Assembly (NCBI GenBank): GCA_934754335.1 | Contig: CAKVHY010000003.1 | Coordinates: 419-64,418 of the forward strand | Source of the DNA: an uncultured Clostridia bacterium | Lineage (GTDB): Bacteria > Bacillota > Clostridia > Christensenellales > UBA1242 | Length of the DNA: 64,000 bases | Direction of reading: 5' to 3' | Shown: positions 1 to 8,946 of the stretch, piece after piece | Position numbering within the stretch: the stretch's first letter is position 1 | Layout of the letters: each line of letters begins with the position of its first letter | The notes under the pieces: model-generated | What the model was told of the DNA's origin: nothing | Seen by the model: only the letters and a program-made list of their open reading frames with translations | Database searches by the model: none | Made by a program: the position numbers and the translations under genes

Positions 1-207
1 AGCCGCTACAAAAAGAAAATGCAGAACCTCCTATACTTGTTACACTATTTGGTATTGTGATGCTCGTTAAGCCGCTACAAGACCGAAATGCAAAATCCCC
101 TATACTTGTTATGCTATCTGGAATTGTTATGCTTTTTAAACTAGAACAACCATAAAATGCAAAATCCCCTATACTTGTTACACTATTAGGAATTACAACG
201 TGTTCAA
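1..207 (-). repeat. 69-bp (23-codon) tandem coding repeats, the LRR units of the BspA-type gene
   Basis: Units start at nt 1, 70 and 139 (agccgctaca..., agccgctaca..., aactagaaca...). They share the core aatgcaaaatcccctatacttgtta, and the period is exactly 69 nt. Confidence 0.7.
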
Positions 208-1042
208 TTTCATGATTACCCTGAAAACCACTATCAGCAATACTCGTTACAGACTTGCCTTCATATGTTGATGGAATTATTACTTCTCCGCTAGCACTGT
301 TTGAAGCCTTAACTGAATAACTATTGCCATCGGAACTGGCTGTGAAAGTTAAAGCATCTAGAGTTGGAGGCAACGAAGATTTTAGAGTTAGAACTGGAGT
401 TAAGGAAGCGGAACTAATATTCGTTGTTAAATTATTTACAACCATAGATATTTCAAATACAGCAGTTTCACCATTATCTATATAATCTGAAAGGCTATAT
501 TTTTCCACTGCACTGCAAGATTTCTGATTATCTACCACCGTCATATTCCCTGAATACGAACTAGAGAAGAAATCTGTTCCATTCCATGTTTCCCCTGAGC
601 CTAGAGTACCATAAGCAATTCTATATGTATAATCCACATTCACAATGCTTTGTGGCTGAGTGGAGAATTTATAATACAACTTAGTTTCTTCATTAGAAGA
701 AGTGTTTTTAATACTAAATCTCATTACAATTGGAGTACAAGACTTCTTGCCAAGGCTTGCGTTATTATACGTATCAAAATTCATAGAGCCAATACTCCAA
801 GTACCTGAAGAATTAGTATCATCAGCAGAGATTACCTGCCTATAACTATTAGTTATATTATCTGACGATTTATTTCCTGAAACTCTTCCATTTATTTCTG
901 CGTCCACACCAATAGCATTCCACTTAACGAAGGACGAAAGAGTGGAACTGCCAGACGTGGCAGAATAAATACCAACTATCATAACCCCAAGGGTTAAGCA
1001 TAGTGCTACAGACATTAAGATTACTTTAATATATTTCTTCAT
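1..1042 (-). CDS. BspA-type leucine-rich-repeat surface protein, N-terminal part only (3' end lies beyond window start)
   Basis: Hand translation. ATG at 1040-1042 preceded by GGGAG. N-terminal signal-like MKKYIKVILMSVALCLTLGVMIVG. From about nt 300 downwards there are 23-aa units IP(N/D)S(V/I)TSIG(D/G)xAFxxCSxLxSITIP typical of BspA/LRR_5 repeats. Absent from the ORF track because no stop lies inside the window. Confidence 0.75.
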   Translation of the reverse strand, partial: MKKYIKVILMSVALCLTLGVMIVGIYSATSGSSTLSSFVKWNAIGVDAEINGRVSGNKSSDNITNSYRQVISADDTNSSGTWSIGSMNFDTYNNASLGKKSCTPIVMRFSIKNTSSNEETKLYYKFSTQPQSIVNVDYTYRIAYGTLGSGETWNGTDFFSSSYSGNMTVVDNQKSCSAVEKYSLSDYIDNGETAVFEISMVVNNLTTNISSASLTPVLTLKSSLPPTLDALTFTASSDGNSYSVKASNSASGEVIIPSTYEGKSVTSIADSGFQGNHEIEHVVIPNSVTSIGDFAFYGCSSLKSITIPDSITSIGDFAFRSCSGLTSITIPNSVTSIGGSAFSFCSG

Positions 1043-1223
1043 CTTGTAACTCCCGATAAGATTAATTATCTAAATTTGCGAACCTGCAAACATCTTTAAA
1101 ATCAAAACTAGGCACAATTATATATATAGTTCTATATATATTATATACATTTTTTCACTTAAAACAAATCTAATTAAACAATTTTATATTATTTTTTACA
1201 ATTATTTTTAAAACTTGCAAACT

Positions 1224-1262
1224 TTAAAAAAACAAAAAACATACTAATTTCTTAGTATGTTT
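1224..1262 (-). terminator. Rho-independent terminator after the Ppx-like gene
   Basis: Stem aaacatactaa (1237-1247) pairs with ttagtatgttt (1252-1262), 4-nt loop, followed on the minus strand by a T-run. Confidence 0.5.
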
Positions 1263-1270
1263 TCTAATTT

Positions 1271-2773
1271 TTACATAAATTCTAGACCTTTACCATAAGC
1301 CTTTTTAAAATCTGTGATGCATTGTTTTGCATGTTTGATTTCCAAAGTGGAGTTACCTTCAGTTACAAGTTTTAGAATAAAACTATCACCCAAGATATCG
1401 CAATCAACATCTTGAACCACGCCAAATCCCGTAATATCCAACGCTTCTGCTATTCTAAGAATAACAGATAATCTTTTGATAGTTTCTAATTCCACATCAC
1501 CATAAACGTCTTTATACTTAACCCATTCAGCCATGCTGAAATTATCCATATCTCTTAGTTTTGAAACAAAGCAAGCCAAAACTATTTCCGAATGAGTAAC
1601 GCCATACAACGTTGTGTTTTCAATAATTGGGAATGATGCCCTAACCCTATCTTTATAAGAAATTCTTCTTCCGCTTTCGCTTAAGTAACTAGCAATTCTT
1701 AAAACTTTAACGAAACTTCTATTTAATTTATGTATTACCTTAAACAATTTAAACAAAGTTAGGCTTAGTTTATAAACTTGCGGAGAATTATCTTTTCTAT
1801 CAAACATTTCGCTTGAAACAAGCAAACTATAGCCAAGAGTATCAGCCAAAGGCTTTTCGTTTGTTAAAGGAAGCGCATAATTGAATAGCATTCCATCAGT
1901 TTGATCTGTTCTACTAACAGCGAATGTTTTAATTGGGCAAGTACTAAGAAAAGCATTTACAATTGTAAGCCCTGCAGGGAAATACATAGATTCCACATTA
2001 GTTAAGCCTTTAATCTTCGTGGCTCTATTGGTTTCCAAATTCTTAACCGCTTCAAAAACCTTTTTGGCTTCTGTTTCGCCCATTGAATAATTATGTTCTA
2101 TTTCAACCGGATATTTAGTGGCACGCCTAGACAAAATGCCTAAGTTTCTAAACAAAGAGCCTGTACCAATCACTTCCCAATCTGTTTCAAACTCAGGGAA
2201 ATCCCATAATTTAGCAGGCATTTGTTCTTTCATAAACTCCTGCATTTTTGCATACTTATCTTCTTCGTTTTCAAACTTATTATACAAATTAATTCTACCA
2301 TAAGGAATAACATGACTTCCCAATATATTTCTTCTATTATACAAAAGGAAACTTGTTTCATAATCGCCAACATTCACGATTAATCCCTTTGGCTTACTGA
2401 ATGAATTCATTACAGCAGTATATAGGCAAGACAATTCTTTATTAGGATCTAGAATTTCAAATTTAAATGTGGAAGCATTTGTTATTTCATTCAAAATTCC
2501 TTCAGAATTCTTTGCTTTAGACAAAACATTATGAGCATAGCAAATAGTTTCAGTAATTTCTTCCTTATCAACCATAGCCTTATAAACTCTTAATGTTTCT
2601 AAAATTTCATTAATGGCATGAGCCTTAATAAAACAATCTGGCTCAAAATTTTTCATTAGGTCTATAGGAGTAACAATCTCATTATAAACCGAATAGTATT
2701 TATTTTTTTCAATTTCCACCTGTTGCATTTTAACAAAGTTTGGATTCAACTCTAATACAGCAATTTTTTCCAA
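1271..2773 (-). CDS. Ppx/GppA-family phosphatase-like protein with degenerate catalytic motifs
   Basis: Size and layout match Ppx/GppA: an N-terminal ASKHA-like half (IAVLELNPNF, VNVGDYETSFLLY, VIGTGSLFRNLG) and a C-terminal helical HD-like half (RIASYLSESG...LRIAEALD). The start was moved from the track TTG at 2839 to the TTG at 2773, which has AAGGAG 8 nt upstream and gives M-EKIAVLELN. Confidence 0.55.
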   Translation of the reverse strand: MEKIAVLELNPNFVKMQQVEIEKNKYYSVYNEIVTPIDLMKNFEPDCFIKAHAINEILETLRVYKAMVDKEEITETICYAHNVLSKAKNSEGILNEITNASTFKFEILDPNKELSCLYTAVMNSFSKPKGLIVNVGDYETSFLLYNRRNILGSHVIPYGRINLYNKFENEEDKYAKMQEFMKEQMPAKLWDFPEFETDWEVIGTGSLFRNLGILSRRATKYPVEIEHNYSMGETEAKKVFEAVKNLETNRATKIKGLTNVESMYFPAGLTIVNAFLSTCPIKTFAVSRTDQTDGMLFNYALPLTNEKPLADTLGYSLLVSSEMFDRKDNSPQVYKLSLTLFKLFKVIHKLNRSFVKVLRIASYLSESGRRISYKDRVRASFPIIENTTLYGVTHSEIVLACFVSKLRDMDNFSMAEWVKYKDVYGDVELETIKRLSVILRIAEALDITGFGVVQDVDCDILGDSFILKLVTEGNSTLEIKHAKQCITDFKKAYGKGLEFM

Positions 2774-2914
2774 TGTTGATTCTCCTTTAAAATAAAAATA
2801 TATTGCAACATAGAAGATATTTAGCCTTTTTTTAGGCAAATTTCTTCCGATACTGAATTATAACATAAAAAAATAAATTTGTGAACATTAAAACAAGAAG
2901 TTTTTTAAATTTTT

Positions 2915-2952
2915 ATAAAAAAAATAAGAAGAAATTTAAAATCTCTTCTTAT
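2915..2952 (-). terminator. Rho-independent terminator after ferredoxin
   Basis: Stem ataagaaga (2924-2932) pairs with tcttcttat (2944-2952); on the minus strand a T8 run follows. Confidence 0.5.
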
Positions 2953-2959
2953 AGTTTTA

Positions 2960-3130
2960 TTATTCTTCATCAATTGCTTCAACTGGGCAAGAACTTTTAC
3001 AAGCACCACAATTAATACAAATCTCTTTATTAATTACAGCCTTTCCATCGTCCCCAAAACTAATTGCTCCCACTGGGCAAACAGCCACGCAAGTTCCGCA
3101 ACCTATGCACTTCTCTTTATCAACTTTCAT
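2960..3130 (-). CDS. 2x[4Fe-4S] ferredoxin (56 aa)
   Basis: Hand translation: MKVDKEKCIGCGTCVAVCPVGAISFGDDGKAVINKEICINCGACKSSCPVEAIDEE. Two CxxCxxCxxxCP motifs. GGAGAAG RBS 7 nt upstream. Below the size cutoff of the ORF track. Confidence 0.85.
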   Translation of the reverse strand: MKVDKEKCIGCGTCVAVCPVGAISFGDDGKAVINKEICINCGACKSSCPVEAIDEE

Positions 3131-3193
3131 CTTCTTCTCCTTAAAATTAAAGTTTTATAATTATATAATATCTTAGTTAAAACTCAAAATGTT

Positions 3194-4996
3194 TTATTCC
3201 AAAATCGCTTTAATTCTTCTAACCCCTGCACTACTACTTTCTTCCTTAACAATCTTAAACTTGCCAAGTTCGCTTGTGTTATTAGCATGAGGTCCGCCAC
3301 AGATTTCTTTTGAAAGGTTGCCAATTGTGTAAACTTTAACCTTTTCACCATACTTACTATCAAATACGCCTAAAGCACCGCTCTCCTTTGCTTCTTCCAC
3401 AGTCATCTCTTCGCACGTTACAGGAATTGCTTGCTTAATTGCATCGTTTACAAAATCTTCAACCAACTTCTTTTCTTCAGCAGTTAAAGGTTTGCCATAA
3501 CTAAAGTCGAATCTAATTCTTTCAGGAGTGATATTACTTCCCTTTTGGAAAACTGTATCGCCTAAATACTTTCTTAATCCCGCCTGCATCAAATGGCATG
3601 CTGTATGCGAAATAACAGTTTTATGGCTATGGTCGATAAGTCCGCCCTTAAATGAAACATCAGTTTTGGCTTTGCTTATTTCTTGGTGTCTTTCAAAGGC
3701 CTTTTTAAAGCCTTCTTCATCAACCATATATCCTTCTTCTTTTGCCATTTCTTGAGTTAGTTCTAGCGGGAAGCCGAATGTATCAAACAATCTAAATGCC
3801 TTATCTCCACTAATTGTTTTAACAGTTGGTACAAATTGTTTTAGATTTGAAACAAGTTTATTAAATTCTTTTGTGCCTTGTTCCAAAGTTTTACTAAACT
3901 TTTCTTCTTCTAAATCAAGTTGACCAAATATATATTCTTCCTTTTCAACAAGCCTTGGATATGCTTCAGCGTAAATCTCTTCAATAAAGATTTTTGAAAC
4001 CTTAGACAAATCGCCCTTTTCCAATCCTAAACTATTTGCATATCTAATAGCCCTTCTCAAAAGTCTTCTTAAAATATATCCCGCTCCAACATTACTTGGA
4101 ACTATGCCATTTTCATCACCAATTAGCATTGTGGCAGTTCTGATATGATCTGCAACAACTCTCATTGCCTTTGTGCTTTCCTTATCTTCCCCATAAGTTT
4201 TGCCAGACTTTTCTTCCAAGAATTTCATAACAGAAGTAAAAATATCTGTTTTATAGCAATCATTCAAACCATTTAAGAATGCCAAGTTTCTTTCCAAGCC
4301 AAAGCCCGTATCCACATTCTTATTTTTCAACTCGCCATATTTTCCATCGCCAAGTTGAACATATTGCATATAAACGTCGTTTCCAACTTCAACATATCTT
4401 CCGCAACCGCAATCTGGACCGCAATGTTCTCCACAAGGGTTATCATTTTTTGGATAAAACCACTCGTTATCTGGGCCACATGGAGTACCTTCCATTCCAG
4501 TTAGTTCCCACCAATTATCTTTTTTAGGCATATAATAAATATTTTCTTCCTTTATGCCTAGGTTCTTCAAAAGACTTGCAGTTTCTTCATCTCTAGGAGC
4601 GTTTTCATCACCAGCAAAAACTGTGGCACAAATTTTTTCTGCTTCAAAACCAAATTCTTTTGTTAGAAGTTCGAAAGTCCAAGCGGTTTTTTCTTTTTTG
4701 AAATAATCGCCCAAACTCCAGTTTCCCATCATTTCGAAGAATGAGAAATGGGACTCATCGCCAATTTCATCGATATCAATTGTTCGAACGCAACCTTGAA
4801 TATTACAAAGCCTTGTTCCCTTTGGATGCTTTTCGCCAAGAAGATAAGGCATTAATGGTTGCATTCCTGCAACGTTGAATAAAACTCCAGTTTTTCCATC
4901 ACCAATTAGTGAAACAGGCCCGATATCAACATGTCCTTTATTCTTATAAAAATTTAACCATTTATCTCTTAATTCTTTATATGTTATCTTATTCAT
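3194..4996 (-). CDS. alaS: Alanine--tRNA ligase, short form (600 aa) lacking the C-Ala domain
   Basis: AlaRS class II core (FNVAGMQP, FFEMMGNWSLGDYFKKE, VGNDVYMQY) and editing domain (HTACHLMQ ... CGGPHANNTSELGKFKIVKEESSSAGVRRIKAILE). The protein ends right after the editing domain. Start placed at MNKITYKEL (ATG 4994-4996), not the track start at 5038, which overlaps the upstream gene. Confidence 0.85.
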   Translation of the reverse strand: MNKITYKELRDKWLNFYKNKGHVDIGPVSLIGDGKTGVLFNVAGMQPLMPYLLGEKHPKGTRLCNIQGCVRTIDIDEIGDESHFSFFEMMGNWSLGDYFKKEKTAWTFELLTKEFGFEAEKICATVFAGDENAPRDEETASLLKNLGIKEENIYYMPKKDNWWELTGMEGTPCGPDNEWFYPKNDNPCGEHCGPDCGCGRYVEVGNDVYMQYVQLGDGKYGELKNKNVDTGFGLERNLAFLNGLNDCYKTDIFTSVMKFLEEKSGKTYGEDKESTKAMRVVADHIRTATMLIGDENGIVPSNVGAGYILRRLLRRAIRYANSLGLEKGDLSKVSKIFIEEIYAEAYPRLVEKEEYIFGQLDLEEEKFSKTLEQGTKEFNKLVSNLKQFVPTVKTISGDKAFRLFDTFGFPLELTQEMAKEEGYMVDEEGFKKAFERHQEISKAKTDVSFKGGLIDHSHKTVISHTACHLMQAGLRKYLGDTVFQKGSNITPERIRFDFSYGKPLTAEEKKLVEDFVNDAIKQAIPVTCEEMTVEEAKESGALGVFDSKYGEKVKVYTIGNLSKEICGGPHANNTSELGKFKIVKEESSSAGVRRIKAILE

Positions 4997-5007
4997 TTTT
5001 TGTCCCT

Positions 5008-5328
5008 TTACTTTAATGCTGCTATAAAGTTTGTCCAAGTGTCTGGAAAGAATTGGAAAATAATTATAATAGCAATCACAATATAAAATATAATTCTTAC
5101 AACTAAGTTTCTTTTAACCGAAAATTCTAAGCCAACCACGGTTAGAAGTGCGATTGGAGCATAGATTTGCGCTATTCTTAAATAATACAAAACGTCCGCA
5201 GGAATGAAATTAAAATTTGCATTTATTATCAAAACTGCATACAAAATCGCCGTGAAGTACGCCAAAATCTCCCCAAGAGTATCTAAAAACTTTTCCATTG
5301 AATAATTCTTATCTTCTGACATTTTCAT
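5008..5328 (-). CDS. Small integral membrane protein, function unknown
   Basis: 106-aa ORF with three hydrophobic helices, co-oriented and tightly packed between dnaB and alaS. Confidence 0.5.
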   Translation of the reverse strand: MKMSEDKNYSMEKFLDTLGEILAYFTAILYAVLIINANFNFIPADVLYYLRIAQIYAPIALLTVVGLEFSVKRNLVVRIIFYIVIAIIIIFQFFPDTWTNFIAALK

Positions 5329-5345
5329 TCTCCTTTTATCATCAA

Positions 5346-6818
5346 TTAGAATATATCATCTATTCCGCCATCAACAATCTCTTCTTTTTCATCATCTGGT
5401 GGTGGTGGAACATCGCTATCTTTTGGTGGAATATATGGCTCAGTTGCTTCCAAACTTTGAGCGTTTGCATCTTTTTCAAGATTAACGAATGTGGTACTTG
5501 AACCAAGCCAACGCATATAAACAGTTCCAGTTGGACCATTTCTGTGTTTAGCAATTATAAGTTCACAAACACCTTCTTCAGCCCCGCCCTTTTGTTTAAC
5601 ATCTTCATAGTTCTCTGGTTTATAAATAAACATTACAATATCAGCATCTTGTTCGATTGCACCTGATTCACGCAAGTCGGATAGCATTGGCCTATGATTT
5701 GTTCTTCCTTCAGTACCACGGGAAAGTTGGGATAGAAGCAATATTGGAACTTCCAATTCTCTTGCCGCCATTTTCAATGCTCTTGTGATTTCACTGATTT
5801 CTTGCTGTCTATTAACATCTTTTTTACCTGAACCTTGCATCAACTGCAAGTAGTCAATCATAACAAGGTCTAGGCCATGTTCTCTTTTTAACCTTCTACA
5901 TTTACCTATAAGTTCGGCTGGACTCTTAGAAAATCCTTCATCAATAAAGATGCTTGCTTCATTCAATTTTTCTTTCGCTGCCAAAATTGCTTGCCAATCT
6001 TTATTATTAAGTTCGGCATGAGTGGCTTTTTGCATATCAACGAAACCAACAGAACAGATCGCTCTTTGCATAACCTGTTCACCGCTCATTTCCAAAGAGA
6101 ACACTGCCACCTTTGCATTATGGTGAATCGCTGCATGAGTTACGAAGTTCATGCCCAAACTCGTTTTACCACAACCCGGACGGGCTGCCAACAAAATCAA
6201 GTCTGGTGCTTGCAAACCATTAATCATTTTATCAAGTTGATAAAGCCCAGTTGGAATGCCACGAAGTTGACCTTTATTTTTCTCAATCTCTTCAAACTTT
6301 GCAATAACTTTATTTAATGCTCCGCCAACGTGAACAAGTCCGCCTCTATCTTCTTTTTCAGCAATCCTAAAAATATTTTCTTCCGCAAACGAAATCGCTT
6401 CTTCTTTATCTTTAACGTCTTCAAAAGAATGCTCTATAATATCTTGAGAAGCAGAGATAAGTTTTCTAAGAATGCTATCTTTCTTTACAAGTTCCATATA
6501 ATGGTTATAATTCTTAGCACTTGGAACAATATTTGCAAGCGTGGTGATATATTCGTGACCACCAACAGAATCCATCATATTAACTCTTTCTAGTTGGTCA
6601 CAAATTGTGATAAAATCCACGGGCATATTTGAATCAAAAACTCTTTTCATGTTTTCAAATATGATTCTATGCGCTTCAATATAAAAATCATCAGCCTTCA
6701 TATCGCTCATAATTGAGAAACTTGCATCTTGATCGATTAAAACACAACCCAACACGCATTGTTCGCTTTCCAAACTATGAGGCAATATCCTTGCTTCAAT
6801 AGGCTTACCTTTCTTCAT
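5346..6818 (-). CDS. dnaB: Replicative DNA helicase DnaB with an extra acidic/Pro-rich C-terminal tail
   Basis: N-terminal LPHSLESEQCVLG, Walker A ARPGCGKTS, Walker B LVMIDYLQLM, SQLSR and RESGAIEQDAD motifs. Confidence 0.95.
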   Translation of the reverse strand: MKKGKPIEARILPHSLESEQCVLGCVLIDQDASFSIMSDMKADDFYIEAHRIIFENMKRVFDSNMPVDFITICDQLERVNMMDSVGGHEYITTLANIVPSAKNYNHYMELVKKDSILRKLISASQDIIEHSFEDVKDKEEAISFAEENIFRIAEKEDRGGLVHVGGALNKVIAKFEEIEKNKGQLRGIPTGLYQLDKMINGLQAPDLILLAARPGCGKTSLGMNFVTHAAIHHNAKVAVFSLEMSGEQVMQRAICSVGFVDMQKATHAELNNKDWQAILAAKEKLNEASIFIDEGFSKSPAELIGKCRRLKREHGLDLVMIDYLQLMQGSGKKDVNRQQEISEITRALKMAARELEVPILLLSQLSRGTEGRTNHRPMLSDLRESGAIEQDADIVMFIYKPENYEDVKQKGGAEEGVCELIIAKHRNGPTGTVYMRWLGSSTTFVNLEKDANAQSLEATEPYIPPKDSDVPPPPDDEKEEIVDGGIDDIF

Positions 6819-6820
6819 GC

Positions 6821-7162
6821 TTACCCCTTATTTCTTTTGTTCTTATCAAATTTAATAACTTTTCCATTTTCATTACTAGCAGTATTTGAAGAATTTTTAA
6901 CCTTACTTAGCAATTTTTCGTCTTCCTCTTTTGCCTTTCGTTTTTCTTCCTTCTTCTCTTCAATCTTGCCTACTATTAAGTCTAACACAATTATAACACC
7001 CAATGCAAGTACTACATCAATAAAAATTACCCAACCGGTTGATAAATCTTTCAATAAAAAGTTTACACCCACCAATATTGGCAAGCAAATTAAAAACATA
7101 ATCCCGTACTTTTTAAAGCCACTTTTTATATTTCTTTTATCAAAAATATACCTATCTTGCAT
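6821..7162 (-). CDS. Membrane protein with Lys/Glu-rich tail, function unknown
   Basis: 113-aa ORF with two TM helices, then KIEEKKEEKRKAKEEDEK; 3-nt gaps to both neighbours. Confidence 0.5.
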   Translation of the reverse strand: MQDRYIFDKRNIKSGFKKYGIMFLICLPILVGVNFLLKDLSTGWVIFIDVVLALGVIIVLDLIVGKIEEKKEEKRKAKEEDEKLLSKVKNSSNTASNENGKVIKFDKNKRNKG

Positions 7163-7165
7163 GAT

Positions 7166-8038
7166 TTAATCCTTTTTATCTTCGTTTTTATCTTCAAAAT
7201 CTCCAGACCCCACGATTATCTTCTCTTCCGTTTCGTCTTTTGGCTTCTTCTTCATTGTTAACGCAATAACTAGCAACGTTACAGCAGTGGCAACGCCAAC
7301 ACCAAGTGCCACATAGTACCAACCACTACTTCTTGCTCTCAACCTATAAATCTCTAGGGAATAATCCAAATCTTTATCTGTTAAATTCCAAATATATTGC
7401 GTGATGCCATCTTTCGTGATTTCTTTATCTGCGTTTGAATACACATTTTGCAAGTTTGTTAGAAAACTTTCAGTTATATTTAATCCTTCTAGCGTAAAAT
7501 TTTCTTCCGTTGACTCGTTGCCTGTTGCAAGTTTATAATATTTATTATAGAAACTTCCTGAAGATGATTGGCTAAAATATTTTATTGCCCACAAAATTGA
7601 TTCATCTTCACAAGGCTGATATTTATACAAAAACGCCCCGTTCTCTTCTGCCCAAATCTTATTTTTATTTACAATAAATGTTCCAAAAGGACCTATATCG
7701 TCATTCCCATATACATTTTTAACGCCCTCATAGGATAAGAACTCCGTAGTTAAAACATAAGTATATTCCCTAGGATTTTCCATTCCAACACCGCAAACCC
7801 CAGCCACGCTTCTAACCGCCAAAATATAATCTGCCATATCTGACCTGATTTGAGTGTCTAAATCAGACAATATAGAACTTGGAATTTCGTTTTTATCTAA
7901 CGCTATGGTTAAAACATCGGAAATCTTTTCAGTCTCCGAATCATAAATCCTAGTAAAACTTATATTTGCACAGCCAAAAAATGTGAAACATATCAAAATT
8001 AACGTTATTAACTTAATTACTATCTTATTTTTTTGCAC
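7166..8038 (-). CDS. Lipoprotein with additional C-terminal TM helix, function unknown
   Basis: Signal plus lipobox LILICFTFFGC. C-terminal TM WYYVALGVGVATAVTLLVIALT followed by a charged tail. Confidence 0.6.
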   Translation of the reverse strand: MQKNKIVIKLITLILICFTFFGCANISFTRIYDSETEKISDVLTIALDKNEIPSSILSDLDTQIRSDMADYILAVRSVAGVCGVGMENPREYTYVLTTEFLSYEGVKNVYGNDDIGPFGTFIVNKNKIWAEENGAFLYKYQPCEDESILWAIKYFSQSSSGSFYNKYYKLATGNESTEENFTLEGLNITESFLTNLQNVYSNADKEITKDGITQYIWNLTDKDLDYSLEIYRLRARSSGWYYVALGVGVATAVTLLVIALTMKKKPKDETEEKIIVGSGDFEDKNEDKKD

Positions 8039-8167
8039 AATCGCCTCATTATAAATACAATTTAATTATATAATAATAAATTAAATATTTCAAACAAAAA
8101 TGTTAAAAGAAAAGAAATTTAAATATTAAATTTTATTTTTAACAAATTTTCGCTTAATTTAGTTTTT

Positions 8168-8917
8168 TTGTTTTACTTAATGCTAAAATTAATTTATAAT
8201 ACTAGTATGATAGATCAAGGCGAAAGTAAAATGAGTTGGCTTGGTAGCAAATATTTGCTATCTAACCCTAAAAAAGAAAAAAATGATTTGTTGAATTGTT
8301 ATATTTTAAGGAGTTATTCCAAAACTTTCATGGGAAAAGAAATCCAAGAAAAAGTTTATTATGATACTCCCGAACTTTTTTTCCACAAAAATGGAATTCA
8401 TATCGGAACATCTGCTTATAAGGGTCAGAAAGAATATTCTTTAATTGTTAGATACGATAGCGAAAAAGAACGCATTTCTTATCTTTCATATATGCCTGAT
8501 ACGTTTGAAATGAAGATTGATAGTTCGTCACCTATAAAAAATCACCTAGCGTTCATTGCTAGAGCAATTTCAAATATGATAACTAACGGACTAGAAGTGG
8601 ATATCTTAGAAACATTACAAGGTATAAAGCCTGTTATGGTGGTTAAGAAAAAAAGAGAATGTTATAGAATAAATGGAATGAATGCGCTTCGAATGTTCTT
8701 CTATTTCGATGAATGCGAGTACACCACTCCCCTTGCAAAAGGCAAAGAGAAAATGAATCTGCTTGAAATTGTTTGCGAAAACGACCAAAAGGAATTTAAA
8801 GACTTATTTGAAAAAACAACAAAGGATTTGATAATTGAAAATCCAACGATTATTGAAACTTCTCATAGCGATTTATTAATTGGCTTAGATTCTTTAGTTT
8901 ATTTTAATAAGATTTAA
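8168..8917 (+). CDS. CYTH-like (triphosphate tunnel) domain protein; start uncertain (alternative ATGs at 8231 and 8330)
   Basis: EIQEKVYYDTPELFFHKNGIHIGT resembles the CYTH ExExK...YFDTPD...L..G..LRIR opening, and later LLEIVCEND resembles the closing acidic strand. This is motif-level similarity only. Confidence 0.4.
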   Translation: MFYLMLKLIYNTSMIDQGESKMSWLGSKYLLSNPKKEKNDLLNCYILRSYSKTFMGKEIQEKVYYDTPELFFHKNGIHIGTSAYKGQKEYSLIVRYDSEKERISYLSYMPDTFEMKIDSSSPIKNHLAFIARAISNMITNGLEVDILETLQGIKPVMVVKKKRECYRINGMNALRMFFYFDECEYTTPLAKGKEKMNLLEIVCENDQKEFKDLFEKTTKDLIIENPTIIETSHSDLLIGLDSLVYFNKI

Positions 8918-8945
8918 AAAAGTTCCTAAAATTAGGAACTTTTTT
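8916..8945. terminator. Bidirectional terminator between convergent genes
   Basis: aaaaaagttcct (8916-8927) pairs with aggaactttttt (8934-8945), 6-nt loop, A/T runs on both sides. Confidence 0.55.
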
Positions 8946-8946
8946 A

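Noticed and set aside
4997-5010. T-box or other leader upstream of alaS.
   Set aside because: Only about 11 nt separate the alaS start from the upstream ORF stop, so there is no room for a leader RNA. alaS appears to be transcribed together with dnaB and the small membrane-protein gene.
5298-7169. Plus-strand ORFs 5298-5501, 5991-6317, 6330-6593 and 6759-7169, and minus-strand ORF 5360-5554.
   Set aside because: These are shadows of dnaB and the adjacent membrane-protein genes, with no RBS or motif support.
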